Below are positions 1 through 8,269 of a stretch of 41,214 bases of DNA, piece by piece. The position numbers and the translations under genes are program-made. The notes below the pieces were generated by a model that saw only the letters and a list, made by a program, of their open reading frames with translations, did not search any database and had not been told where the DNA came from. The first letter of the stretch is position 1. Each line of letters opens with the position of its first letter. This DNA comes from a virus (Duplodnaviria > Caudoviricetes): positions 1 through 41,214 of IMG/VR virus record IMGVR_UViG_3300049012_000004; one strand, written 5' to 3'.

Positions 1-127
1 AGGGGACACGAGAACGGTGCAGAGACTTCTCTCTCACAACTACGTGGCTCCCACTCGATTGCCCAACTTGCCGACTTGGTGATTGGTCTTGAGCGTGACC
101 AACAGGGTGAGACCCCGAACGTTACAA
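1..127. repeat. 127-bp terminal overlap identical to 41088-41214 (circular-assembly overlap)
   Basis: AGGGGACACGAGAACGG...CCCGAACGTTACAA occurs at both ends, in frame inside the helicase gene; 127 is a common assembler k-mer size. Confidence 0.97.
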
Positions 128-279
128 CCCTGCGCGTACTGAAGAACCGACACAGCGGTGAGACTGGTGTGGCCGGATACCTGATGTATGACAAATGGAG
201 CGGAAGGCTTTCTGAATGTGATGGCCCGGAAGATAACATCCCGGACCTACCCGATGATTTAGCCAACGACTTCGCCTAA
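1..279 (+). CDS. C-terminal part of primase/helicase (T7 gp4-like), continuing from 39735
   Basis: Frame 1 reads RGHENGAETSLSQLRGSHSIAQLADLVIGLERDQQ...VLKNRHSGETG, which are SF4 helicase H4/arginine-finger motifs; acidic tail DDLANDFA. Confidence 0.95.
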   Translation, partial: RGHENGAETSLSQLRGSHSIAQLADLVIGLERDQQGETPNVTTLRVLKNRHSGETGVAGYLMYDKWSGRLSECDGPEDNIPDLPDDLANDFA

Positions 280-282
280 CCA

Positions 283-298
283 AGGGGCTTCGGCCCCT
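283..298 (+). other. Intergenic UUCG hairpin without U-tract
   Basis: AGGGGC-TTCG-GCCCCT between the helicase stop and the polymerase RBS. Confidence 0.6.
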
Positions 299-322
299 AT
301 CGCAATTCCCCGGAGAAAGCGA

Positions 323-2170
323 ATGATTAAACCAGACTACATCCTTGTCTCTGACTTTGAGACGGATGGACTACTCGACACAGTTACGAAGATTCACTGT
401 ATGACAATCTTCAAGTTCTACCCAGCCACGCTTACCTACGAGTGGATGCACGACTACAACACTGACATGGGTACTGTACGGCATGGCCTCAACGAACTCT
501 ACAACCACTGCCGCAACGGTGGCTTTGTGGCTTTTCACAACGGTATCAAGTATGACCACCCGGTACTCAAGAAGCTGCACCCGGAAGTAACCTTCCCGGT
601 TGAGCAGGTGATTGATACCATGGTGATGTCCCGACTCATCTACTCAAGCCTCGACTTGGTTGACTCCAACCTTCTCAAGCGGGGTATCCTCCCCGGTAAG
701 CTGTTCGGACAACACAGCCTGAAGGCGTGGGGTTACCGACTGGGTGAACTCAAGGGAAACTACGCTGCTGAGACTGAAGATGCTTGGGTCAAGTTCACCC
801 CTGAAATGGGTGTGTACTGCCAGCAGGACGTTCGCGTAACCTGCAAGCTACTGGCAAAGTTACTTGAAAAGAACTACTCACCCACCGCCATTGAACTCGA
901 ACACCAAGCTGCCCGACTGATGGCCCAGCAGGAGCGTAATGGTTTCCCCTTCAATGAACAGAAAGGTGCTGCCCTGTACGTTACCCTGTTGGAGAAACGT
1001 GAGGAACTGGAACGCAAGCTGAAGGAAGTATTCGGTTCTTGGATAGTTAAGCTACCTGACTTTGTTCCCAAGCGCGACAACAAGAAGCTGGGTTACAAGG
1101 CGGGGGTTCCTGTTCCACGGTCAAAGGTCATTGACTTCAACCCATCAAGCCGAGACCATATCGCAAACCGCCTGACCGCCCTGTATGGCTGGGTCCCCAC
1201 GGACTTCACCGAGAGTGGTAAGCCCATGGTAAACGATGAGATTCTTGGCAAACTGAAATACCCCGAAGCTCCTCTACTTACTGAGTATCTTCTGGTGGAC
1301 AAGCGAATTGCACAACTTGCCGAGGGCAACCAAGCGTGGCTCAAGGTTTCAAAACAAGGAAAGATTCATGGCTCTGTCAATCCGAACGGTGCGGTCACGG
1401 GCCGTGCTACCCACGCATATCCAAACGTGGCTCAAGTCCCATCATGCGCAGCGCCCTATGGCTCTGAATGTCGTGAACTCTTTGGTGCAGAACATGTTGG
1501 ATGGGTTCAAGCAGGTATTGATGCCTCAGGCTTGGAGCTACGTTGCCTTGCTCACTTTATGGGCCGCTGGGATGATGGTGCATACGGTGAGGTAATTCTC
1601 AACGGTGACATCCACACTGAGAACCAGAAGGCTGCTGGCCTACCGACCCGTGGTAATGCCAAGACTTTCATCTACGCCTTCTTGTATGGTGCAGGTGACG
1701 AGAAGATTGGCTCCATTGTAGGCGGTGGTAAGTCAGAAGGCGGTAAGCTAAAGCGTAAGTTCATGCAGTCACTACCTGCTTTGGGTAGCCTCGTGGATAC
1801 CGTAAAGGCCACCGCAAGAAAGCAAGGGTTCCTCAAGGGACTCGATGGGCGTAAGCTCCACGTTCGCTCAGAACACTCCGCACTGAACACCCTGTTGCAA
1901 TCTGCCGGGGCACTCATCTGCAAGAAGTGGATTGTACGCCTCGAAGAGCGCCTACTGGAACTTGGTCTCAAGCACGGCTGGGATGGTGACTTCGCCTACC
2001 TTGCATGGGTACATGATGAAGTACAGGTGGCCTGCCGTACCAACGAGATTGCCGAAGTGGTAGTCCGTGAAGCACAGCTTGCCATGAAGGACACTGAAGC
2101 CTTCTTCCAGTTCCGATGTCCACTGGACACTGAAGGGAAGATTGGTGGAAATTGGAAGGACTGTCACTGA
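323..2170 (+). CDS. DNA polymerase family A (T7 gp5-like) with 3'-5' exonuclease
   Basis: ExoI DFETDG, ExoII HNGIKYD, ExoIII YCQQD; motif A DASGLELR, motif B RGNAKTFIYAFLYG, motif C WVHDE; FNPSSRDHI as in T7 gp5. Confidence 0.98.
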   Translation: MIKPDYILVSDFETDGLLDTVTKIHCMTIFKFYPATLTYEWMHDYNTDMGTVRHGLNELYNHCRNGGFVAFHNGIKYDHPVLKKLHPEVTFPVEQVIDTMVMSRLIYSSLDLVDSNLLKRGILPGKLFGQHSLKAWGYRLGELKGNYAAETEDAWVKFTPEMGVYCQQDVRVTCKLLAKLLEKNYSPTAIELEHQAARLMAQQERNGFPFNEQKGAALYVTLLEKREELERKLKEVFGSWIVKLPDFVPKRDNKKLGYKAGVPVPRSKVIDFNPSSRDHIANRLTALYGWVPTDFTESGKPMVNDEILGKLKYPEAPLLTEYLLVDKRIAQLAEGNQAWLKVSKQGKIHGSVNPNGAVTGRATHAYPNVAQVPSCAAPYGSECRELFGAEHVGWVQAGIDASGLELRCLAHFMGRWDDGAYGEVILNGDIHTENQKAAGLPTRGNAKTFIYAFLYGAGDEKIGSIVGGGKSEGGKLKRKFMQSLPALGSLVDTVKATARKQGFLKGLDGRKLHVRSEHSALNTLLQSAGALICKKWIVRLEERLLELGLKHGWDGDFAYLAWVHDEVQVACRTNEIAEVVVREAQLAMKDTEAFFQFRCPLDTEGKIGGNWKDCH

Positions 2171-2376
2171 TGGATAACGTAAACGACATCCTACTCAAGG
2201 CATACCGTGATGGGTTCAAGGTCCAGTCGGACTTTGCCCGGACACACTCCCAAGAGGTAGCGATGCTTGCCTCTCTGGGTTACCTATCAACACGTGAGGG
2301 GTACCAACAGTTTGGCCGCACATGGCGTATCACTGAGTTGGGCCTACGCACTCTGGAAAAGGAAGACATCCTGTGA
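2170..2376 (+). CDS. T7 gp5.7-like host RNA polymerase inhibitor
   Basis: QSDFART..EVAMLASLGYLST...WRITELG resembles T7 gp5.7 (QSNYVR..LVAEAASRGHIS...WEITASG); same synteny; ATG overlaps the polymerase stop (TGATG). Confidence 0.75.
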   Translation: MDNVNDILLKAYRDGFKVQSDFARTHSQEVAMLASLGYLSTREGYQQFGRTWRITELGLRTLEKEDIL

Positions 2377-2714
2377 GTAAACGCCTACGCCCTGACTACA
2401 TGAGAGTCATCGGGAAAACATACACGGTGGATTACTGCCCCACGGAGGACATGGAAGATGCCCTAGGTATATGCACCATGGCAGAACAGAAGATTGAGAT
2501 TGACGAAACCCAGACCGCTGCTGAGGAACTGGACACGTTCATTCACGAGACCCTGCACGCTCTTGTCCGTGGTATGCGAATCGACTTCCGAACAGTGGAA
2601 GCTGAAGAGGCGGTGGTTGACCGACTAGGTGCCGGACTCGCAGCAGTCTTCACAGATAACCCACACCTTGTTCGGTACATCGCCAGACTGGTAAAGGAAG
2701 CCAATGATGCCTAA
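2373..2714 (+). CDS. Small HExxH zincin-like metallopeptidase-fold protein
   Basis: LGIC...KIEID...DTFIHETLHAL...EEAVVD pattern; GTGA overlap with the upstream stop. Confidence 0.65.
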   Translation: MSKRLRPDYMRVIGKTYTVDYCPTEDMEDALGICTMAEQKIEIDETQTAAEELDTFIHETLHALVRGMRIDFRTVEAEEAVVDRLGAGLAAVFTDNPHLVRYIARLVKEANDA

Positions 2715-3456
2715 AAAGAAAACAATGCTACTCGATGGTGACATCGTGTGCTACCAGCAGGCCATGCTTGCCGAGGTGGAAACCAAATGGGATGAGGACC
2801 TCTGGACCTTACATGCCTTTGAGGAACCCGCCCGTGCCAAGCTGGACGCAATGATTGAGTCCCTGAAGGAAAAGGTAGGGGCAACCGATGTTGTGATTGT
2901 GTTCACCGATGGTGTGAACTGGCGCAAAGACGTGCTACCTACCTACAAGATGAACCGCGCGGACAAGCGCAAGCCGATGCTGCTGAAGCCACTACGTGCG
3001 TACTGTGAGGAAAAATACAGGACGTACACCCGGCCACGCCTCGAAGCGGATGACGTGCTTGGTATCCTGTTGACTCACCCGAAGATTATCCCCGGAGATA
3101 AAATTCTGGTGTCAATCGACAAGGACTTCAAGACGATTCCCGGTAACCACTACAACTGGAAGACCGACCAGTTCTTCACGATTGATGAAGAGCAGGCCCA
3201 GTGGTGGCACTTCTACCAAACCTTGATGGGTGATGCAACGGACGGATATTCGGGATGTCCCGGTATCGGACCTAAGACTGCCGAGAAGGTGCTGGAACAC
3301 GGAGCCACATGGGAAACCGTAAAGGGTTGCTTCAAGGCCAAGGGTCTCGGTGAAGAGGCCGCGCTGATTCAAGCACGTGTTGCTCGTATATGCCACGCCA
3401 AGGATTACGACTTCGAGAAGAAAGAGGTTATCCTCTGGAATCCACCTGAAGTATGA
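2704..3456 (+). CDS. 5'-3' exonuclease (T7 gp6-like)
   Basis: LLDGD, NWRKDVLPTYKMNR, LEADDVLGI, SIDKDFKTIPG, GDATDGYSGCPGIG. Confidence 0.96.
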   Translation: MMPKKKTMLLDGDIVCYQQAMLAEVETKWDEDLWTLHAFEEPARAKLDAMIESLKEKVGATDVVIVFTDGVNWRKDVLPTYKMNRADKRKPMLLKPLRAYCEEKYRTYTRPRLEADDVLGILLTHPKIIPGDKILVSIDKDFKTIPGNHYNWKTDQFFTIDEEQAQWWHFYQTLMGDATDGYSGCPGIGPKTAEKVLEHGATWETVKGCFKAKGLGEEAALIQARVARICHAKDYDFEKKEVILWNPPEV

Positions 3457-3464
3457 TACTAGGA
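3446..3464 (+). promoter_or_regulatory. Putative phage RNAP promoter (start of virion genes)
   Basis: CTGAAGTATGATACTAGGA, one mismatch to the consensus; same position as T7 phi6.5. Confidence 0.7.
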
Positions 3465-3471
3465 AACTCCG

Positions 3472-3678
3472 ATGATTAAAGTCCCCGCTATTTCAAAAGA
3501 GTTGGTTGAATATCTCGAATCTCTGGTAGCCCCCTGCCAAAAAGAGACAGCCCCATTATGCTCCCCTGCTGATGTGGCAATCGTGAACTTCAACAGAGGC
3601 AGATTGCAGTTGACTCAACACCTTCGGCAATTACACGATAAACAATACCAAGGAAAGGTGATACCCGATGTGCACTAG
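3472..3678 (+). CDS. Small conserved-type protein in the gp6.5 position
   Basis: AGGA RBS; VPAISKELVEYLE...FNRGR pattern; synteny. Confidence 0.7.
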   Translation: MIKVPAISKELVEYLESLVAPCQKETAPLCSPADVAIVNFNRGRLQLTQHLRQLHDKQYQGKVIPDVH

Positions 3679-3877
3679 CAAACCATCATCCCCTCCGCCA
3701 CCACCCCCTCCCGCTCCACCACCACCAGTTATGCAGCCCACACGGATTGAAGCCCCGTTGAATTCAGGTGCTAACTCTCAGGTGCAGCGCAAGGCCCGTG
3801 GCACTTCTGCTTTACGTATTGACCGCGCAGGCGTGAATACAGGCAGCACAGGCTCTGGCCTAAACATCGCAGTGTGA
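3668..3877 (+). CDS. Small proline-rich virion protein (gp6.7/7.3-like)
   Basis: MC start, poly-Pro tract, RGTSALRID and C-terminal GLNI typical of T7-like pre-portal proteins. Confidence 0.8.
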   Translation: MCTSKPSSPPPPPPPAPPPPVMQPTRIEAPLNSGANSQVQRKARGTSALRIDRAGVNTGSTGSGLNIAV

Positions 3878-3887
3878 GGTAAGACAC

Positions 3888-5441
3888 ATGGAAGGAAATA
3901 ACACTGTAGCGAGTTGGTACAACAAACTTCACACAGACCGTGCGCCATTCCTTGAGCGTGCCTATGAGTGTAGCGAGTTGACCATCCCCTCGTTACTACC
4001 CCGTGAGGGCCACACAGGTTCCTCCGACCTTCCTACTCCGTACCAATCTCTGGGTGCCCGTGGTGTGAACAATCTAGCGGCTAAACTGTTGCTGGCTTTG
4101 TTCCCACCAAACACCCCATTCTTCAAACTGGCTGTTGACGACTTCACATTGGAAGAGTTGACCCAGCAGGAAGGGATGCGTGCGCAAGTAGAAGAGGGTC
4201 TAAACCGTATTGAGCGTTCCGTTCAGTCTGAGTATGAAGCTCGGGCCATGAACGTTTCCCTGTTTGAAGCCCTGAAGCACGCCATTGTGGTGGGCAACGT
4301 GGTAATCTACATCGCCCCCTCAGGTGAACTCAAAGTATTCCACCTCGGACGCTTTGTGGTTCAGCGTGATACCATGGGTAACGTCATTAAGCTAATCGTC
4401 AAAGAGTCGGTGTCAATGGGTTCACTACCCGAAGCGACCCGTGCTGAACTGATTGGTAATATGTCAGATGATGAGGTGGAGAAAGCCTTGACATCGAACA
4501 TCGACCTCTACACCTGTGTCAAGCGAACAGAGAGTGGAGGCTGGAAAGTCTGGCAAGAAGCAAAGAACGTGGTGATTGAATCCAGCAAGGGTGAATACCC
4601 TGAAGGTAAGTCGCCGTGGATTGTCTTGCGCTGGACCAAGATTGACGGTGAGCATTATGGCCGAGGGTACATTGAGGAATACCTTGGTGACCTGAAGAGT
4701 CTGGAAGGTCTCTCACAGGCTATCCTTGAAGGCTCCGCTGCAATGGCAAAGCTCTTGTTCATGGTGAACCCCAACGGGACCACCGATAAGAAGGACATCG
4801 CCAACGCAGAGAACGGTGCAGTGGTTGACGGTAACGCAGCCGATGTGACAACCCTACAGGCAAACAAGTTCGGTGACTTCCGGGTAGCTCTGGAACAAGC
4901 CAACACTTTGACTGAGCGTCTGTCATTCGCCTTCTTACTGAACTCTGCTGTTCAACGTAACGGTGACCGGGTAACAGCCGAAGAGATTCGGTTCATGGCT
5001 CAGGAACTTGAAGATGCCCTCGGTGGTATCTACTCGATTCTCTCGCAGGAACTCCAACTGCCCATGGTCTCCCGTATCATGTTGCAGATGCAGAAAGCTC
5101 GTAGACTCCCAGCACTTCCTAAAGGTGTGGTCCGCCCGGTAATCGTGGCTGGCTTTGCCTCACTTGGTCGTGGACAGGACCTCAGTAAGCTGACTCAGTT
5201 TGTATCACTGGTTGCTCAGTTGGCAAACCTCCCACCAGAACTCGACAAGAACGACATCATCAAGCGTATTGGTACCGCACTAGGTATTGATATGAAAGGG
5301 ATGGTCAAATCTGCTGATGTACTGGCAAAAGAGCAAGCCCAACAGATGCAACAACAAATGGCCCTGCAAGCGGCTGGCCCTATGGCTAATGCAGCAGGTA
5401 AAATGATGGAACAAGGAGCCACAAATGCCCCGCAAAACTAA
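3888..5441 (+). CDS. Portal / head-tail connector (T7 gp8-like)
   Basis: PYQSLGARGVNNLAAKLLLALFP, GEHYGRGYIEEYLGDLKSLE, RVTAEEIR, LGGIYSILSQELQLP. Confidence 0.98.
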   Translation: MEGNNTVASWYNKLHTDRAPFLERAYECSELTIPSLLPREGHTGSSDLPTPYQSLGARGVNNLAAKLLLALFPPNTPFFKLAVDDFTLEELTQQEGMRAQVEEGLNRIERSVQSEYEARAMNVSLFEALKHAIVVGNVVIYIAPSGELKVFHLGRFVVQRDTMGNVIKLIVKESVSMGSLPEATRAELIGNMSDDEVEKALTSNIDLYTCVKRTESGGWKVWQEAKNVVIESSKGEYPEGKSPWIVLRWTKIDGEHYGRGYIEEYLGDLKSLEGLSQAILEGSAAMAKLLFMVNPNGTTDKKDIANAENGAVVDGNAADVTTLQANKFGDFRVALEQANTLTERLSFAFLLNSAVQRNGDRVTAEEIRFMAQELEDALGGIYSILSQELQLPMVSRIMLQMQKARRLPALPKGVVRPVIVAGFASLGRGQDLSKLTQFVSLVAQLANLPPELDKNDIIKRIGTALGIDMKGMVKSADVLAKEQAQQMQQQMALQAAGPMANAAGKMMEQGATNAPQN

Positions 5442-5655
5442 TGCAAACCCAAAGGTACCAGTGAGCGACATCGTTCAGAATGTACCAGACCGTGACTACT
5501 ACACGTTCGTTACTGTACGCGCCCCTTTCGATGCGTTCATCGCTGAGTTCGGTACGGCAAACCCTACACTGGAAGCTGCCATCGCAGGTGCAGCCAAAGT
5601 TAAGTACAGCGCCGATGAACTTGGTGTAATTCAAACCCTTATCGTGAGCAAATAA
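5425..5655 (+). CDS. Hypothetical protein between portal and scaffold
   Basis: AAGGAG RBS; fills the gap exactly; capsid-like codon usage. Confidence 0.7.
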   Translation: MPRKTNANPKVPVSDIVQNVPDRDYYTFVTVRAPFDAFIAEFGTANPTLEAAIAGAAKVKYSADELGVIQTLIVSK

Positions 5656-5656
5656 T

Positions 5657-6451
5657 ATGACACTGACTGTGAATGTGCCCCCACAAGACCAGAATGTAAA
5701 CCTGTCCGAAGCTGACAAGGCCGCACTCGCCAAGGTCGATGAGAAGAACAAAGAGGTTTCCGAGGCTGTTGCAGCAGGTAACCAAGAAGGTTCTACCACT
5801 GAACGTCCAAGCTGGTTGCCTGAAAAGTTTGCAACACCTGAAGACATGGCGAAAGCCTACGCTGAGTTGTCAAGCAAGTTGGGCAATCCAGATGCCTCAA
5901 AGACACCTGCTGCTACTGACGCTCCTGCTGATGAAGCTGAGGCGAACAAAGCTGTTGCACAGGCTGGTTTGGACATGGATGCTCTGCGTGCTGAGTTTGC
6001 CGAAACTGGTGACCTGAAACCTGAGACATACGCCAAGTTCAAAGCTGCGGGTATCCCTGAGGAAATCGTAAAGGGCTACATCGAAGGCCAGAAGGTTGTC
6101 GCTGAGAACTACACCAACAGTGTGAAAGCCGTTGCTGAAGGGCAGTTCGACACCATGGCTGCATGGGCCGCTACAAACCTACAGCCAGCCGAACTAGCTG
6201 CCTACAACAAGGCCGTTGATTCTGGTGATGCGGACATCGCAAAGTTGGCTGTGGCTGGTGTGTACCAGAAGTTCGTTGCTGCAAATGGTAAGGACCCTGC
6301 ACTGGTCAACGGTGCCAATAGCGATGGCAAAGGTGATGTCTTCGAGTCCACTCGACAGGTAACCGATGCGATGCGCGACAAGCGTTACAAAACCGACCCT
6401 GCTTTCCGAAAGGCTGTGCAGGATAAACTGGCTCGTTCCAGCGTATTCTAA
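5657..6451 (+). CDS. Capsid scaffolding protein (T7 gp9-like)
   Basis: RPSWLPEKF..EDMAKAYAEL; C-terminal AMRDKRYKTDPAFRKAVQDKLARS. Confidence 0.95.
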   Translation: MTLTVNVPPQDQNVNLSEADKAALAKVDEKNKEVSEAVAAGNQEGSTTERPSWLPEKFATPEDMAKAYAELSSKLGNPDASKTPAATDAPADEAEANKAVAQAGLDMDALRAEFAETGDLKPETYAKFKAAGIPEEIVKGYIEGQKVVAENYTNSVKAVAEGQFDTMAAWAATNLQPAELAAYNKAVDSGDADIAKLAVAGVYQKFVAANGKDPALVNGANSDGKGDVFESTRQVTDAMRDKRYKTDPAFRKAVQDKLARSSVF

Positions 6452-6452
6452 T

Positions 6453-6476
6453 CTCATGGGGCTTCGGCCCTGTGAG
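6453..6476 (+). other. UUCG hairpin whose 3' arm overlaps the promoter motif
   Basis: CTCATGGGGC-TTCG-GCCCTGTGAG, 10 bp including 2 G-U pairs. Confidence 0.65.
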
Positions 6477-6490
6477 GTATGATATTTGGT
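6472..6490 (+). promoter_or_regulatory. Putative phage RNAP promoter for the holin-capsid-tail operon
   Basis: GTGAGGTATGATATTTGGT; phi10-equivalent position. Confidence 0.75.
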
Positions 6491-6509
6491 AACAATAGGA
6501 GTTTTCACC

Positions 6510-6890
6510 ATGATGTTTGGTGGCCTAGAAACGGTAGTGGGTCTTATGGCTCCTGCCCTAGTGGAAGGCTTCAAGAGCATTATCGTAAAGTTCACGGGTG
6601 GTGTACAGCCCAAGAGCATTGACGATGTTGCAAAGCTGGCTGACATTGACGTCCGCCGCCTTGAAGCAATTGCGAAACTGGATACCCCGGTCGGCACCCC
6701 CTCGCAATGGGTGATTGACTACAGGGCTATCTTCCGATACTTCGCAGTGACATTGATTTGGTTCTTCACGGGTATCAGCATTATTGCTCAAGCCCCCATG
6801 GAAGTAACCGAAATGCTACTGTCACTCGCTGGTATGACCCTTTCGTTCATCATTGGTGAACGCATGATGTTGAACTTTAATCGAAAGTAG
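6510..6890 (+). CDS. Putative holin (3TM / gene-transfer-release type)
   Basis: AGGAG RBS at 6497; PSQWVIDYRAIFRY followed by two hydrophobic segments and FIIGER plus a basic C-terminus. Confidence 0.65.
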   Translation: MMFGGLETVVGLMAPALVEGFKSIIVKFTGGVQPKSIDDVAKLADIDVRRLEAIAKLDTPVGTPSQWVIDYRAIFRYFAVTLIWFFTGISIIAQAPMEVTEMLLSLAGMTLSFIIGERMMLNFNRK

Positions 6891-6999
6891 TCCAAGTAAT
6901 CTTGGCCCTCTGCGGAGGATAACCCTGAAGAACAGTCTATAAGTAACATTCAGTCAACGCAAAACTTTCTCTCTTTAATCCCTACAAGGAAAATACAAA

Positions 7000-7953
7000 A
7001 TGGCAAACGCTTCCGTATCTCGCATTGGTCAAATCAACGCCGCTGGCGATACACAGGCTCTGTTCCTGAAAGTCTTCTCTGGCGAAGTACTGACCGCCTT
7101 TGAAGAAACCAACGTGATGATGAACCGTCACAACGTCCGTACCATTTCGTCCGGCAAGTCTGCTCAGTTCCCTACCTCTGGTAAGATTGGTGCTGAGTAC
7201 CACGTTCCCGGTAACGAAATTACTGGCCTGACTCTTCGCCATGGTGAGCGCGTTATCACTATTGATGACCTGCTGATTTCCCACGCTTTCATTTCAAACA
7301 TTGATGAAGCCAAGAACCACTATGACGTTCGCTCAATCTACTCGACTGAGATTGGTCGTCAGTTGGCCTACACCATGGACAAGCACGTTCTACAAACCGC
7401 AGTTCTGGCCGCTCGTGGTACTGGCTCTTTCACGGGTGACATTGGTGGTGGTAACTTCACTGACGCTACTGTAGGTACCGACTCTGACAAACTGGTTGCT
7501 GCTATCTACGCCGCTGCCGAAGAGTTTGACGAGAAGGACATCCCACAAGATGAGCGTTACTTCTTCGTTCGTCCTCAGCAGTACTACTTGCTGGCTCAGA
7601 ACACCAAGGTCCTGTACAAGGAAATTGGTGGTACTGGTTCCATCGCTGATGGTAACGTGCTGAAGATTGCTGGCTTTGAAATCGTCAAGGCCAACCACCT
7701 TCCCGGTGCTGTAGTAGCCCCCGGCTCTCTGTTGGCTGGTACTGGCGACAAGTACGCTGGTGACTTCTCTGTGACTGTGGGCTTGGCCTTGCAGAAGCAG
7801 GCTGTTGGTACCGTCAAGTTGATGGACTTGGCAATGGAAATGGAATACGACATCCGCCGCCAAGGTACCCTGATGGTTGCCAAGTACGCTGTGGGTCACG
7901 GTATTCTGCGCCCCGGCTGTGCCTTCGAGGTACGCACTGGTGCACCCGCCTAA
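7000..7953 (+). CDS. Major capsid protein (T7 gp10-like)
   Basis: ALFLKVFSGEVLTAF, RTISSGKSAQFP, ITIDDLL, HYDVRSIYS, KYAVGHGILRP. Confidence 0.98.
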   Translation: MANASVSRIGQINAAGDTQALFLKVFSGEVLTAFEETNVMMNRHNVRTISSGKSAQFPTSGKIGAEYHVPGNEITGLTLRHGERVITIDDLLISHAFISNIDEAKNHYDVRSIYSTEIGRQLAYTMDKHVLQTAVLAARGTGSFTGDIGGGNFTDATVGTDSDKLVAAIYAAAEEFDEKDIPQDERYFFVRPQQYYLLAQNTKVLYKEIGGTGSIADGNVLKIAGFEIVKANHLPGAVVAPGSLLAGTGDKYAGDFSVTVGLALQKQAVGTVKLMDLAMEMEYDIRRQGTLMVAKYAVGHGILRPGCAFEVRTGAPA

Positions 7954-7973
7954 TCTCGGTTAAAGATTAACAC

Positions 7974-8005
7974 ATGGGTCATCCTTCGGGGTGGCCCATT
8001 TTTTT
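7974..8005 (+). terminator. Rho-independent terminator after the capsid gene (T-phi equivalent)
   Basis: ATGGGTCATCC-TTCG-GGGTGGCCCAT followed by a T-run. Confidence 0.92.
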
Positions 8006-8025
8006 GCTGCTATTGGAGAAACATC

Positions 8026-8259
8026 ATGGCATTAACAGGTATCAAGCGTGGTTATGTAGGCAACGGCGAACAGACAGTCTTCATCCTCCCGGCCAACGTA
8101 GTGGGCACGCCTACAGTAGAAATCAACGGTGCACCAGCGGTAAACACCACAATCACAACCCAAAAGATTGTCTTCGGTCTGGCCCCAATGCTGGGTTCAA
8201 TCATTGACGTTACAATGGACATAAAAGAGGAAGCCCTCTTGACCCGTACAAACCCCTAA
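8026..8259 (+). CDS. Small beta-rich virion protein (possible head decoration/adaptor)
   Basis: GGAG RBS; YVGNGEQTVF.LP...VEING...IVF..AP..GS.I pattern seen in fibre/decoration domains. Confidence 0.65.
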   Translation: MALTGIKRGYVGNGEQTVFILPANVVGTPTVEINGAPAVNTTITTQKIVFGLAPMLGSIIDVTMDIKEEALLTRTNP

Positions 8260-8269
8260 GAGGTGACAC

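Noticed and set aside
1-127. 127-bp end repeat as the biological direct terminal repeat
   Set aside because: It lies in frame inside the helicase gene and matches a typical assembly k-mer; the real termini are expected between terL and the early promoters
76-279. 67-aa ORF as an independent gene
   Set aside because: It is the C-terminus of the wrapped primase/helicase
7900-8030. gp10B-type frameshift extension of the capsid protein
   Set aside because: No slippery sequence was seen near the 3' end, and a terminator follows the stop directly
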